Assembly: GCA_951406725.2 (NCBI GenBank)
Contig: OX597821.1
Span: 33,604,001-33,668,000, forward strand
Direction of reading: 5' to 3'
Origin: Octopus vulgaris
Lineage: Eukaryota
DNA: 64,000 nucleotides
A program made the translations under genes and the position numbers. Below the pieces are notes generated by a model. It was not told the origin of the DNA. It saw nothing but the letters and a program-made list of their open reading frames with translations, and did no database searches. Of the stretch, positions 1-12,163 are shown piece after piece. How positions within the stretch are numbered: the stretch's first letter is position 1; every line of letters starts with the position of its first letter.

Positions 1-349
1 CCTGTGTTTCAAATGAAAATGTCTGACTTCGACACTAGATTGGCAAACTCTTTTAAAGTTCCGTACATAATACCTAGCAGTATTTAGTTACAACTCTCAA
101 TGTTCTTATTTCAAATCCTTCTGAGTTCAACTTTGTCTTTCATCTTTCCAGGTTGATAAAATTATGTACCAGTTAAGTACTGGTGTTGATTTATATTTTT
201 ATCAAACATTCAGATATGTATGGAATTAAAAGAAAAGACAAAGAACTCAGTGTAGTCCTGGATCCCAATATCCACCAATAATTGGATGGTTGCAAAATGG
301 AATGCTAATGATTCATAGATTGGCTTGATCAAGGCCAGTCTGACGTTAA

Positions 350-860
350 CTCTTTAGCATTTAATCTGGCCATATCCCGTCCAAATATTTTACCTGTTCT
401 ATGATCAAACTGTCCAAATCCGGCCTCTCACATTTACCCAACAATTGTCATTCTGCACATCAGTGGAGGCACATAGCCCAGTGGTTAGAGCAGAAGACTC
501 ACGGTCGAGGGATCATGGGTTCGAATCTCAGACTGGGCGATGTGTGTGTTTATGACCAAAACATCTAAGCTCCATGCGGATCCGACAGAAGGTAATGGCG
601 AACTTCTGCTGACTCTTTTGCCACAACTTCCTCTCACTTTTTCCTCCTGCATCTTGCAGCTCACCTGCGATGGACCGGCGTCCCATCCAGGTGGGGAACC
701 TCGGGAAACCGGCCCTTATGAGCCATACATGGCTCGAGAAGGAACAAACAAATTCTACAGATCACCGAAATCTGAAATCTTCGAGATAATGCATGATTAA
801 TTAAAAATAATACAAATAAATAAGCATTACATTTGACAGAACAATCTGAATGCTTAAGGG
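350..860. mobile_element. piggyBac-like MITE (TTAA target, CCCTTTAGCATT-type TIR) interrupted by a SINE
   Basis: TTAA|ctctttagcatt ... aatgcttaaggg|TTAA; body matches uninterrupted copies at 18715-18935 and 61437-61643. Confidence 0.75.
463..751 (+). mobile_element. tRNA-derived SINE (family D, GTGGAGGC head, (AAC)n-like tail)
   Basis: A-box-like tagcccagtggttagagc, B-box ggttcgaatc; 13-bp TSD attctgcacatca/attctacagatca; homologous to 41334-41650. Confidence 0.85.
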
Positions 861-1021
861 TTAAACAACACTTTTGCTAAAGAACCTTTATGTGTTTCAA
901 GAAATAGCTGCAAGTTCTCCCTCAAACCACATTCTACCATCTGATAAAAAGGACATGGATAATGTGATCCTAGATATTAGCATTTGAAAATTAAAACAAA
1001 AAGGTAGGATGATCATGACTG

Positions 1022-1416
1022 GGATTTTTTCGGTTTGAATGGCAGTTTTTTCTAGCGGTGTCATATGAAATTGTCACCCATAATTATGACCCTAGTATCG
1101 ATCTGTTGCATTTCAATCTGTTTTAGGGTTAGGGTTAGGGGTGGGGGGAAGGGTATCTTTTTTCTTCACATATGTAAATAAACCCAATCTGTTTCTTAAA
1201 CGAGGGCACAGAATGCTCTTTTTACCTCAATAGACGTCAGTGATTGGTTGAAATTGCAGAAAAACAACAACAAATATCTTACAAACTATAGAATTTTCTC
1301 AATAAAGCCAAGAGAAAAAGATGTTTTCTAAACACATTCTACCAGTATATGAAGTTTAAAATTTTTTAGTTATCTAGAAATTATGTTAAAAACTGCCGTT
1401 CAAACCGAAAAGATCC
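1022..1416 (+). mobile_element. ~400-bp GGATC-TIR MITE with internal TTAGGG core (copy 1)
   Basis: ~29-bp TIR ggat(c/t)ttttcggtttgaa(c/t)ggcagttttt / aaaaactgccgttcaaaccgaaaagatcc; 8-bp TSD catgactg/cacgactg. Confidence 0.9.
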
Positions 1417-1809
1417 CACGACTGGAACACCTTTGGGTAATTGGTGTACTCATTCAGGGTTAATTTGAGGCTCACACGTTTCGTATATGTCCTTTTCTGT
1501 ATTGCTTCATAGTGGATACAAACCAATATTTGTTTCTTAGAAATGTAAATGATTTTCTGGGAAAAGACATAAAACATATCTTTACAGCCATAAGTGGACA
1601 AGTGGAAATTGTGACCATCAGAACATGATAGAATAATGAACGGGGGGGGGGCATTCCAAGAATATACCCTTTCTTTAAAATTACAACATTAGTTGCTGCA
1701 ACATTCTACTGGCATTGCCTATGTACTTGAAGTCCAACATAAGACATTTTTGCTCTCGACCATTGAAACGGCTTGTCAATTTATTAAAGACAATTAACTT
1801 CAAGAAAAA

Positions 1810-2400
1810 AAATTTCCTCTCTACTCTATTCCTCTTACGTATCTCCTCATCCTTCTTCCCTTTTTTTTATCGCACGCCCTCTCTTATCTACACACACACA
1901 CACATACACTTTCTCTATATTTCGTTATATTTATTTCATTCAGACCTCTTTTTTCTTTTGTTCTCCAACATTTTTGTGTCTTTCCTTTCCCTCGCTTTAC
2001 AATCCACTACTTCCCCCCTCTCTCTCTCACTCTTCGTCTTTGAGTCTATTCTTCTAGCCCTTCCTCCCTCTCTGTCTCTGTTGTATACGTTTCCCTGTCT
2101 CTCTCTAATTCAATTCTTTCCTTTCTCTCTCCCCTCCCAATCTCTTCAAGTTCCTCTGTCCTTCTTTCCCTCCGCTCTTTAACTATGTTACTGTCCCTCC
2201 TCCCCTTCTACAGCTGTCTCTATATACCTCACCACCTCTCACCTCATTTGTCTTCTTGTCTCCTCTTTCCTCTTCTTTCTCAATGTAAGCTATTTCACCC
2301 TTCTACATCCCCCTCTCTATTTGGCTGCAAATCTCACCTTCTCTCTCTCTTTCTCCCACTCTAGCCTTCCCCCCCAGTGGTCATATCTCCTCATCCTCCC
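1810..2400. repeat. CT-rich low-complexity tract
   Basis: near-continuous pyrimidine run with (CT)n and (CA)n. Confidence 0.8.
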
Positions 2401-2562
2401 ATTTAACACTACTGCTGCCACAAACTTGTCAAGCAATGACACCCCCACATACAACTATAGTGCGCGCATACACACACACACATAGACAAGTACTCATAAA
2501 TAAACAGATACATACATATCAACGTGTGTATGTATTGTGGGGTGATTTGTGATTTGTCTTAC

Positions 2563-2742
2563 CTCCTACAATTATTTTGATGACGTTTAATATCAGCATA
2601 TCTTTACTACCGAATCTCACCCAAAGCTATTCTATTTTCATTAAGGGAATTAAAGAAGACCAATAATTTTAGCAACTTTAAAAAGTTAGCGGGAACTCTT
2701 TGTTATTCCTTAACTTAGAAACTTATTGGAGTATAAATTAAG
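2563..2742. promoter_or_regulatory. candidate bidirectional promoter with divergent first exons
   Basis: plus-strand donor AAG|GTAAGT after 2742 and minus-strand donor GAG|GTAAGA at 2563/2562 pointing away from each other in repeat-free DNA; strong plus acceptor tttttctttctttctacag ending 3355. Confidence 0.4.
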
Positions 2743-5010
2743 GTAAGTTTTATTTTGTTAGCTCACAAAAACTTTATAATTTATGATTCACAATCGACAA
2801 AAAAAAAAAAAAAAACTCCCCAAAAACTTTATATTTTTGAGATCTCCTAAGATCATATATATATATATATATATAGTTTTTCTTTTATGTCGAGTTATAA
2901 TAAAAACAGTAAAATTACTTTTGGTTAATACAAATTTTATCATACATTTGGTTTCTAAATTTCAGCCTGTTGACCGATAAAAATCACTGTCACCACTCTT
3001 GTAAAAAGTATAATATATATAATTAATCTATATATATTGTTTAGTTTAACCGTTAAAATATAATATATATAATTATTATATATATTGTAAAATTATAATA
3101 TATGTAATTAATATATATATATTGTAAAATTATAATATATGTGTATATATACATATATAAAAAAAACAAAAAACTTTTGTATCTTTATTGTAGTAACTGA
3201 TCAACATAACTTTTAGAAGTTTGGGATATATTTCTTAATTCTTCTGTATTTCTGTATTTTTATATCAAAGGTTTTCAAACAAGATTGTACACTGCTAATT
3301 ATGAAACTAACCAGGAAGTTTATTTTGTTTATTAAATTTTTCTTTCTTTCTACAGCACTTTTTCTTTTTACGCTTCTTTAACTGCTCTACTCCGGCAACT
3401 TCTTAATTGCATATTTTAGATATAGTTAATATGCAAACACTCTTTATCATACAAACACGTATAGCTTATAATAACAAATGTATGACCTTCTTATTATAAA
3501 CTAGTGTATGTAGGTTTAGCTTTGGAGAAAGCCCAGCTAAAATTTCAGGCAGTGCGCTGCTAGTTGGAGGACTTGTGTGATTGATGTGGTGAAGGGATCA
3601 AGCAATTACGCTCATTTACATACACATGCTTTAATGATATTATAGAATTAATTAATTACATTATGAAAATGATACATGAAAATTGTGTATACAAATTATC
3701 TAAATTGTTTTGGAAGATTTCACCTGAAGAACTAAGCAGTTCCTTTTCCTAATGTACATATGTATGTAGGTTTTTATAAATAGCGATAAATTTCCAATGT
3801 AGGTTAGTGTCTGTCCTACTCTTCAGACACTAAGCAAACTTTGTTGTCATCGTCATTTTTAACTTTCCCGACTTCGTTGGAAAAGTTAGTGTCGCGAAGA
3901 TATATAATAATGATTTTAAAAAGGTCCTTTTTATGTATGTATGTATGTATGTATGGAAACTTCATAATACATTAGTATTGCCTCATAGTTAAAACCGTCA
4001 CACTTATTTTCAGAATATTTTAATAAAGATTTTCAAATTAACTGCTTACAAAATATACATAGGCACACATGATCAAACAAGAGAGCCTCTAATGCAGTTT
4101 AGTGACCTGTTTGAAATAGCAGCCAAATCTCCCTTTAATCAAACGCTATGATCGAACGAAGGAGCCTCTGTGTGGTCGTTTGACCTGGATCAAGCGAAAG
4201 TGTCTGTACGTGGAAGCTTGACCCGGTTAATTGGCAGTCAATTAATCAGAAACTACGATCAAGGGAAGGAGTTTGTGTGTAGACGTTTGACCCGGTCGAA
4301 ATAGTAGTCATCCCTCCCTTCCTTTAATATATAAAAAAACTACGATTAAACTAGGGAACGTGGCCTTAAAAAGCAGCCAAATTTTTCTTAAGTGACTCTT
4401 CTTCAAGAAACTGCGGGGACGGAAGACAAAGATCGTTATGACTTAAATGCCTTCGATTGTAACTGCTCAATCAAGGCTGACATTAACAACAATAACCGAC
4501 ATTTTTCTTTTTTCATTTGATTTTCTCACAGACTTTTTTTTTTTTCAATAGCAAAAGGATTGTAGAATGAGGATCTTTTAAAGTTTCTCTTGGAATAATT
4601 TAACTCGGACTGAAAGTGTGATCAACGAACTAATGAGATCGATTATTAATAAAGTTTGAGAGTACTTAGCATAGATATTTTAACACGTTTATTTAACTTT
4701 ATAATTATGCCGTTCTCGGAATATGTGGTTCTCCGATTTTTATTTTACGCATTACATTCAGAATTTGCAAATATAAAATATTTTAAACTGATTAAGGTCA
4801 GGGGCGTTTCATTTTTAGTTGCTTTCTCTCATTTCTTTTAATATGTATGCCTTCAAAATTCCGCCGAGGTCGACTTTGCCTTTCATCCTTTCCGGGGTGC
4901 TAAAATAAGTACCAGTTGGGTACTGGGGTCGATATAATCTACCTACCCTCCTCTCCCGAAATTGCTGACTTTCCTTGTGCCAAAATTTGAAATGAGTATG
5001 TATACCTTAA

Positions 5011-5096
5011 GGCTGAGGTAAAGAATACGCACACCACCAGTTTTCGGCGTAACCCTAAACCCTAACCACCGGGTGTGCATATTCTTTACCTTCGCC
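5011..5096 (-). mobile_element. 86-bp mini-MITE with CCCTAA core
   Basis: TIR ggctgaggtaaagaatacgcacacc / ggtgtgcatattctttaccttcgcc; imperfect 8-bp TSD taccttaa/tatcttta; second copy at 34979-35062. Confidence 0.75.
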
Positions 5097-5877
5097 TATC
5101 TTTAGGAACATAAAAAGTACTTTTTGATATATACATATATAATGTAAAAAGAAATATCCCGTTTGCCTTTGAAGTGTGTAATATGTATGTTTGTAATTAT
5201 ATTTTCATTTTTAATAAACTGAAACAACGATCATTTGAATACACCAGAAAGGGAATTAGTACAATCCTAATTCGATCTACACAGTACTTATCATTATTTT
5301 GAAAGGCAATACAGCTGTTAGAAGGCTTCCTGGTATTTCATACATGTATTCTAATAAATACATCTGTTGAGATTCCTTGCTGTTGGTGTGTGTGTGTGTG
5401 TTTAAGATATAAAAAGTTATAAGGGAAGGTTTAAGAAAAGTTTATACTTAAAAGATAAGTGTCTGTTAATAAAATAATAGGAGAATGTCTTCGTGATGAT
5501 TTAAGATCTAGAAAATGTCTTCCTGGTTATTTAAGATCTAGAAATGTGTTGGTATATGTGTATACATTACATGCGATGTACAAAAGTGACTAATAAAAAG
5601 TTTGCTTCCCCACGACATAATTTAGGTTCAGTCTCACTGTGTGGCACGTCTTCTATAGTCTCAGCCTGACCAAAGCTTGCTTCAAGAATTCTCCATTAAG
5701 GAAAAAGGATATAACAGTATATCTCAAGACATACCGTTTACCCTTGTTTCTGCTTTGATTAGGTTTGATTAGCATGGCAATCATCGTACCCCATCTCTAG
5801 TAGCCAAGGAACATATACAGAGTAGAACACGTATATGGCTGAGGTAATTTGCATAAATTAAACAGTAAAAAAAAAGT

Positions 5878-6277
5878 GGATCTTTTCGGTTTGAACGGCA
5901 GTTTTTAACATAATTTCTAGGTAACTAAAAATTTTAAACTTCGTATACAGGTAGAATGTCTTTAGAAAACATCTTTTTCTCTTGGCTTTATTGAGAAAAT
6001 TCTATAGTTTGTAAGATATTTGTTGTTTTTCTTCTGCAATTTCAACCAATCACTGACGTCTATTGAGGTAAACAACATTCTGTGCCGTATGAATATGTCC
6101 TTCGTTTAAGAAACAGATTGGGTTTATTTACATTTGTGAAGAAAAAAAGATACCCTTCCTCCACCCCTAACCCTAAAACGGATTGAAATGCAATAGATCG
6201 ATACTAGGGTCATAATTATGGGTGACAATTTCATATGACACCGCTAGAAAAAACTGCCGTTCAAACCGAAAAGATCC
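5878..6277 (-). mobile_element. ~400-bp GGATC-TIR MITE (copy 2)
   Basis: both TIRs intact; flanks aaaaaagt / (a)n-gt. Confidence 0.9.
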
Positions 6278-6311
6278 AAAAAAAAAAAAAAGTTAAGAGA
6301 AATGGTATGTA

Positions 6312-6505
6312 TATCATCACCATCATTTAACGTCCGTTTTCCATGCTGGCATGGGTTAGATGGTTTGACGGGAGCTGTGAAGGCCAGGGGTCGCACGAGG
6401 CTCTATTGTCATTTCTAGTGTGATTTCTAAAGCTAGATGACTTACTTATCTAATGTCAACCACTCCACAGAGTATACTGGGTGCGTTTTACATGGTACCA
6501 GCACC
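6312..6505 (-). mobile_element. RTE-tail retroelement fragment (family C, (CAT)n tail)
   Basis: catcatttaacgtccgttttccatgctggcatgggtt...accactccacagagt, same as LINE 3' end at 23100-23270. Confidence 0.75.
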
Positions 6506-6635
6506 GCTATCAATTCTGCTGTGACAGACGAATCTTATTGAGTACATACATGAGCAACATAAACAAATACTGGTATATCAGGTATATCATACAACATAAA
6601 TTTTTGATTTATTAATATTATCTTTGCTTCTAGAG

Positions 6636-7662
6636 CAGTGCTTCTCAAACTATCTGATGTGGTACACCGGCAGTTTTTCTTGCCCAATGTGCCAGGGACA
6701 GGTAATATTTCTTAGTAATATTTATTTATACTGGAAACAATATATATCTATATATATAAAACTGTAGTTGTGTGAGTGTCTGTCTCCTACGATTTAGATT
6801 CCTAACTCCTCCCACATTTTGCGGTGCAGTTTAACCAAATTCGGGTATCTTATAGTCGTGATTCATATCGAGCCCGTCTGACTATTAGCGCGCGTCAACG
6901 ATGAGTCTACGATTTTAAAAATAATTTAACATCATTTTTTATTCCATTTTAATGCATAAAATGCATCGTATGTCGATGGCGGCGGAGTTGGCGTCCACGC
7001 TCACAGCTGCACCTGTTTGCTTCTCCCCCTTCCCTCCCTCGTGAAGCTGTGGGGAAGGGAGTGTAAAGAAATCAACGTCGTAATGCGTTGTGAAGGAAAC
7101 CAGCGTTCTTTTAGAACAACGACTTCATGGCTTGAAGACACCAAAACAAAAATGGCTAAGAAAGCCCGAATTTATAAGGGAAGTAACTCTCTAAAAATGC
7201 TTATATAGTTATTTCCCTTACAAACCCGAGCAACGCCGGGCGATACTGCTAGTAATATATATAATTGATGCAGCACGAAGTTTTGTCAGTGAACAGGTCG
7301 CAGTCTCAAAGCGACGAAAATATTTTAACAAATTAAATTTTAATGTTGAAGTGAATCTAACGGTTTTGTGTGTTTCTTAAATGGCTTATAAACACCTTCC
7401 ATGCTGCAATTATTTTCGTTCCAGCACACGATCTTAGATCAAGTCACTCGCTATGCAAGTACATCTCCGTAATATATATAATGAATATAATAAAAATTGA
7501 TAATTTTTTTTTTTTATCTTATATTTATTTTGTAAACAAATAATGCAATATTACATAAGCATTTTACAATATTTCTTTCTTTTCTGGAAACTCGCCGTGT
7601 ACCAGCAGCTGATGGCTCGTGGGCCAGCACCGGTTTGCAGACCATCACTTTGAGTAGCACTG
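6636..7662. mobile_element. hAT/Charlie-type MITE hosting nested insertions
   Basis: TIR cagtgcttctcaaac / ctttgagtagcactg; 8-bp TSD ttctagag/ctctagag (NTCTAGAN typical of Charlie). Confidence 0.8.
6747..7252 (+). mobile_element. non-autonomous Helitron
   Basis: 5' TC, 3' CTAG, subterminal hairpin cccgagcaacgccggg, inserted between A and T with no TSD; shorter copy at 38337-38626. Confidence 0.85.
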
Positions 7663-7719
7663 CTCTAGAGGATGTGCCACAATTACCAAATGGCAACTGA
7701 GTCGAGCGATGGTGTAGTA

Positions 7720-8900
7720 ATGGCTGCTAAGCTTTTCCCAGCTTGCACTTAAACCTAGCTACCATACTTTTAGTGCCATTATGTCCTTTGCTAATTTGTA
7801 ACTCCTTTATAACAGAAGCTATTGACTTCTACTTGTGAGTCACCTGGGCCTTTGAGAGAATCTGTTACAGTGTGCTCATAGTACATAATGCTCCAGAGCA
7901 TTTGTTCCATATCAAGCTCACCTCAGTTAGCCTGCTTGTAATTCTACTCCATCTCTTGTGTATCACTAGCTTACATTGAGTTCAACATATGGAGTTTATG
8001 CTTCTTTCATCATCATCATCATCGTTTAACATCTGTTTTCCATGCTAGCATGGGTTGGATGGTTCGACGGGCACCTGGGAAGCCAGGAGGCTGCACCAGG
8101 CTCCAGTCTGATCTGGCAGTGTTTCTACAGCTGGATGCCCTTCCTAATGCCAACCACTCCATGAGTGTAGTGGGTGCTTTTTATGTGCCACCAGCACAGG
8201 TACCAGAGGAGGCTGGCAAACAGTCACGATCAGTTGGTGCTTTTTATGTGTCACTGTCATCGTTAAATACAGCCATTTTCCTGACAGTACTGGGATCTTT
8301 CCATCTTTCCTACTTATGCATTAGTCTTTGCTCTTGATTCCAGGTTTAGCTTTTATGCCCGAAATTTCTTCAATCTACTCTAGATTCAACTAAGCAGACT
8401 ATATAATCAGAATACAGCTGTTTCCCTAGACAGCTGGTCTTAAATCCTTTATAAAGGCTTGTCAGACTTTGATGAATAGGAGTTTTGTCTCCTCCCTTCA
8501 TTTTAAATCTGTTGCTGAATTCCTTGTTGGCTTTCGCTTTATTTAATGCATCGTTGTACATAGCTTGTACAGTCCTCACAAGCCATTTGCTCATCAAGTT
8601 TCCTAAGTGACCACAAAATTGCTGAGCATGGCATTCTGTCAAAGACTTTCTCCTAGTTAATGGAAGTTAGGAATAGTGGTTTAGTCCTAGTCAAGTGTTT
8701 CAATTTGCAGTTGTCTCACTAGGAAAATTGTATATTTGTGGTACTTCTGCCAGAACTACTTCTCGTTTAGGTTTACTCTACTTCAGATAACTTGTGCTGT
8801 AACCTTTATGGCTTGAACCAACGGTTTCATGCCACTATAACTTCTTTCTCTTATTTTGTAGCAGTTGACACTGACACTGCTATTGGGTGTGGCACCTCTC
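7720..8900 (-). pseudogene. highly decayed RTE-clade LINE ORF2 (RT) remnant, interrupted by a family C element
   Basis: residual peptide KWLVRTVQAMYNDA...NKEFSNRF in ORF 8370-8642; weak similarity to the RTE region at 22085-22810; many stops/frameshifts. Confidence 0.55.
8008..8255 (-). mobile_element. RTE-tail retroelement (family C)
   Basis: (CAT)n tail, ccatgctagcatgggttgga, ggatgcccttcctaatgccaaccactcc. Confidence 0.85.
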
Positions 8901-9967
8901 TGTATCATTCGATTTACTCTCTAGGTGGTTATTGTGTGCATTTTTTCACCCAGAAATCAAATCAGAAATGACACTCCATCAATTGCAATGGTGCAGCTTT
9001 TGTGATTTGAAATGCTACTATCTTCCTGATGTTAAGTTGTCATTCTTGAAGTTCGTTACTAACATATTTATAGGTATGCTTCTCAGGTTGGTTTTAATAA
9101 ATTAAAAGATTTTTCATATTGCTTGAGGTGTTGTTTTTACAACTGGATGCCTTAATAACACACATGTGGTATAAAGAGCATGTTTATGATGGTCTATCAT
9201 ACAGTTTCCTTCCTTCAAATTTCATTTACAAGGTAGTGGTAATCTGAGCTTTGATAGAAGACACTTATCCAATGTGCTGCATGGTGGGATTGAACCCGGT
9301 TCTAGTTAGTTGCAAAGCAAATGTCTTAACCACACAGCCATGCTTGCACCACCCATTTCGAAAACATTTCTTTTACTTCAGATTAAATCAATATTTAACT
9401 GCACTGAATAGTTTAAATATATCCAGAGATGCCATTGTTTTACTGTTCTATTTTGCTTGACAACTTGGACAGAAACAAAAAGCAATTTGAATTCTCTGTT
9501 TTATGTTTAGCATTGTCACACGGTGATTTATGTAATAGGAGGCAGTCAGATATTGTAATAAATGATGAATGAATCTGGCATGTTGAGTCCTATATTTTGG
9601 CTTCGGAGTGAACTACTTATCTCTATCATGACATTTTCATGCTGCTGGAATGATCTTGCATAAAAGGAAAAAAAAACCCAAAAAAACTTTGGAGTGCTTT
9701 TTCATCTCTGTCAGTTTTATGTCAGGGAACCAGCATCAAAACACAGACATTACACATCCCAAGAAAAGAAATTCACAAAAGCGATTACCTCCTTTTTGGT
9801 TAGCTTAGGTCAGTCACAGGCAAATTGCAGACTGCAGGACTTTCTAAATGGCATGCTTCACAAAAAATTACCTTGAATTTTTTTTAGGTCTGCTTGATGA
9901 TGTACCATGTCTCATGGGCTGACTTCTTACAAAGAAATAATCCATGTTAGGCTTAAACCATTATGCT

Positions 9968-10147
9968 ACTAGGCACGTAAAAAGCACCCACTACACTCAT
10001 GGAGTGGTTGGCGTTAGGAAGGGCATCCAGCCGTAGAAACATTGCCAGATCAGACTGGGCCTGGTGCAGCCTTCTGGCTTCCCAGACCCCAGTTGAACCG
10101 TCCAACCCATGCCAGCATGGAAAGCGGACGCTAAACAATGATGATGA
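9968..10147 (+). mobile_element. RTE-tail retroelement (family C)
   Basis: ggcacgtaaaaagcaccc...ggaagggcatccagc...gcatggaaagcggacgctaaacaatgatgatg; inverted relative to 8008-8255. Confidence 0.85.
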
Positions 10148-10429
10148 ATCTGATAATTTCTCAAACTGAACGCCACATTCTTCAAATGGTCTTTTGACAT
10201 TAGCATGCTACTCATGGAATTTGTTTGAAGTATACTCTTATACTTCAGTCACTGTTTGACTGGTCCTTCCTCTATCATCATCATCATTTAGCATCCACTT
10301 TTCCATGCTTGCATGGATCACATGGAATTTGTTGTGACAGATTTTTTACGGCTGAGTCCTCTTCCTGTTGCCAACTATCACCTGTTTCCAAGAAAGGTAA
10401 TATTTTCACCCTTAGATGCTTTTTTTTTC

Positions 10430-10850
10430 ATGGAAGACTGGAAATGAACCAACAACACTTATAATGACAGCAACGCTCCTTTACATGTCTTGACAAGGGC
10501 ACAGACACACACATACACACACACACACACACACGCACATACATACACAGGCATGCACACACACACATACATACACATGCATGCGTACACACACACACAG
10601 ATACACACACACACATACATACATATGCATGCACACACATACACATACATACACATGCATGCACACATACACACACACACTTCTGAACAATGGGCTTCTT
10701 TCAGTTTCTATCCACCAGATTCACTCACAAAGCTTTGATTGACCCAGGGCTATAGTAAAAGACACTTACTTGAGGTGCCATGCAATGTGGGGGAACCCCA
10801 AAAACATGAGGTTGGAAAGCAAACGTCTTGCCTTACAGCCACACCTCATA
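10430..10850 (-). mobile_element. family A SINE with expanded (CA/CATA)n centre
   Basis: gggcttctttcagtttctatccaccagattcactcacaaagcttt...cttacagccacacctc flanking a ~180-bp microsatellite. Confidence 0.7.
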
Positions 10851-11310
10851 TTAGATGGTTGGGACAAAGCTTGTTAATCATGCAACCATACTTCAAATCA
10901 AATATTATTTTGAGTTGCACAATTGTTAAGGTGTAGTCATGCTTCTGTGCATAACACAACTGCTGAGGTTTGTACTGATACCGCAGAGAGATATTGGGTG
11001 ACAGCTGTGTATTACTATGGGTGACATGGCTGTTCAGGTTGATAGTCATACCTCTAGGAGTGGTACTTTTGTTTAGGCTATTAGCCATGTTTCTATGTAC
11101 AGAAGTAGGGCATTTCAGTTAATACCTCTGTATATGTTAATACCCCAGAAACTTTTGGACATAGCTTTCACTTGTCATTTCCATTTTCACACTTCCTTTT
11201 ATTACTATCTCCTTTGTGAGACATTGAAAGAATCTTTACATACCAGCCAAATGTCCCTCATATTACATTTTATTAGCTCTTTAGCATTCAGATTACTCTA
11301 TCAAATATAG

Positions 11311-11670
11311 TCTCTCTATATATAAACAGCAAAATGTGTGTGTGTCCTTTATACAAATCCACAATTTTTCAGTTAAAGGGCTCGCACTTTCTATGGTCAT
11401 TCAAAACCGTCCAAGGGTGGTCGTGCACATCTTTACATTTCCCCAGTCACCCCGCAAAGCCATTAAAAAATCAATAGAAGTGACTTTTTTGTGAATTTTC
11501 TATCCAAAACCCAATCAAAATGCCTGAAATTTGATACGCCAATTGAATGCCAGCTAACTGTATGTGACTGGTCGGAGATTTGGACAGTACTCGCGTGTAT
11601 GTGCGCACGCACGCAGCTGTATATGCATGCACTAGCACTATGACCTGGCAATGTCGGGTCATAATGCTAG
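11311..11670 (+). mobile_element. non-autonomous Helitron-like element (second family)
   Basis: 5' TCTCTCTATATATAAA, 3' hairpin ctagcactatgacctg...cgggtcataatgCTAG followed by T; splits a piggyBac-like MITE remnant. Confidence 0.7.
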
Positions 11671-11814
11671 TGCTTATATAGTTATATTCACGTTATTTTG
11701 AATTACTCATGCATTGTCTCATAGCTTTGAGATTTTAATGATATGATTGTTTATTTTTAGATTGACATTGTGGTTTGAAAATAAAACTGGAAGAATATTT
11801 GCTAAATGCTAAAG

Positions 11815-12163
11815 CAGGGATTCTCAACCATTTTTATCTTTGGACCCCCTTTGATTACTATTTTATTCTGGTGCCCCCCCCCATAGCCATCCAATGTTTA
11901 AAAACTAGTTTTATAGAAACTTCTTTCAAAATTCCTATTTTGTTTTTCACACATTCCTTTGTGTAGGTTGAGCTGAGTAAAATGTTAGAGAAAGAAACTT
12001 AGCTATTTCTTGCAATACATACCAATACATACATATAAATCAAAATTTTTTCAGAAGTCCTTAAACATTATTGTGGATCCTCAGTTTACTATTTCGTACG
12101 TGGACCCACAAAAACCTTAATATGGACCCTTGGTGGGTGATCTGGACACTAGTTGTGAACCAG
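11815..12163. mobile_element. hAT-like MITE
   Basis: cagggattctcaacc ... agttgtgaaccag termini, repeated tggaccc subterminal motifs; related fragment at ~58518-58600. Confidence 0.6.

Noticed and set aside
1123-1153. Interstitial telomere / fusion site
   Set aside because: Only 2-4 TTAGGG units, always inside TIR elements
1715-2182. 155-aa hydrophobic ORF
   Set aside because: Translation of a CT-rich low-complexity tract; likewise 58956-59318
9714-9807. Possible coding exon (MSGNQHQNTDITHPKKRNSQKRLPPFWLA*); similar candidates at ~24338 and 60983
   Set aside because: Plausible splice signals but short frames with stops and no recognisable protein similarity
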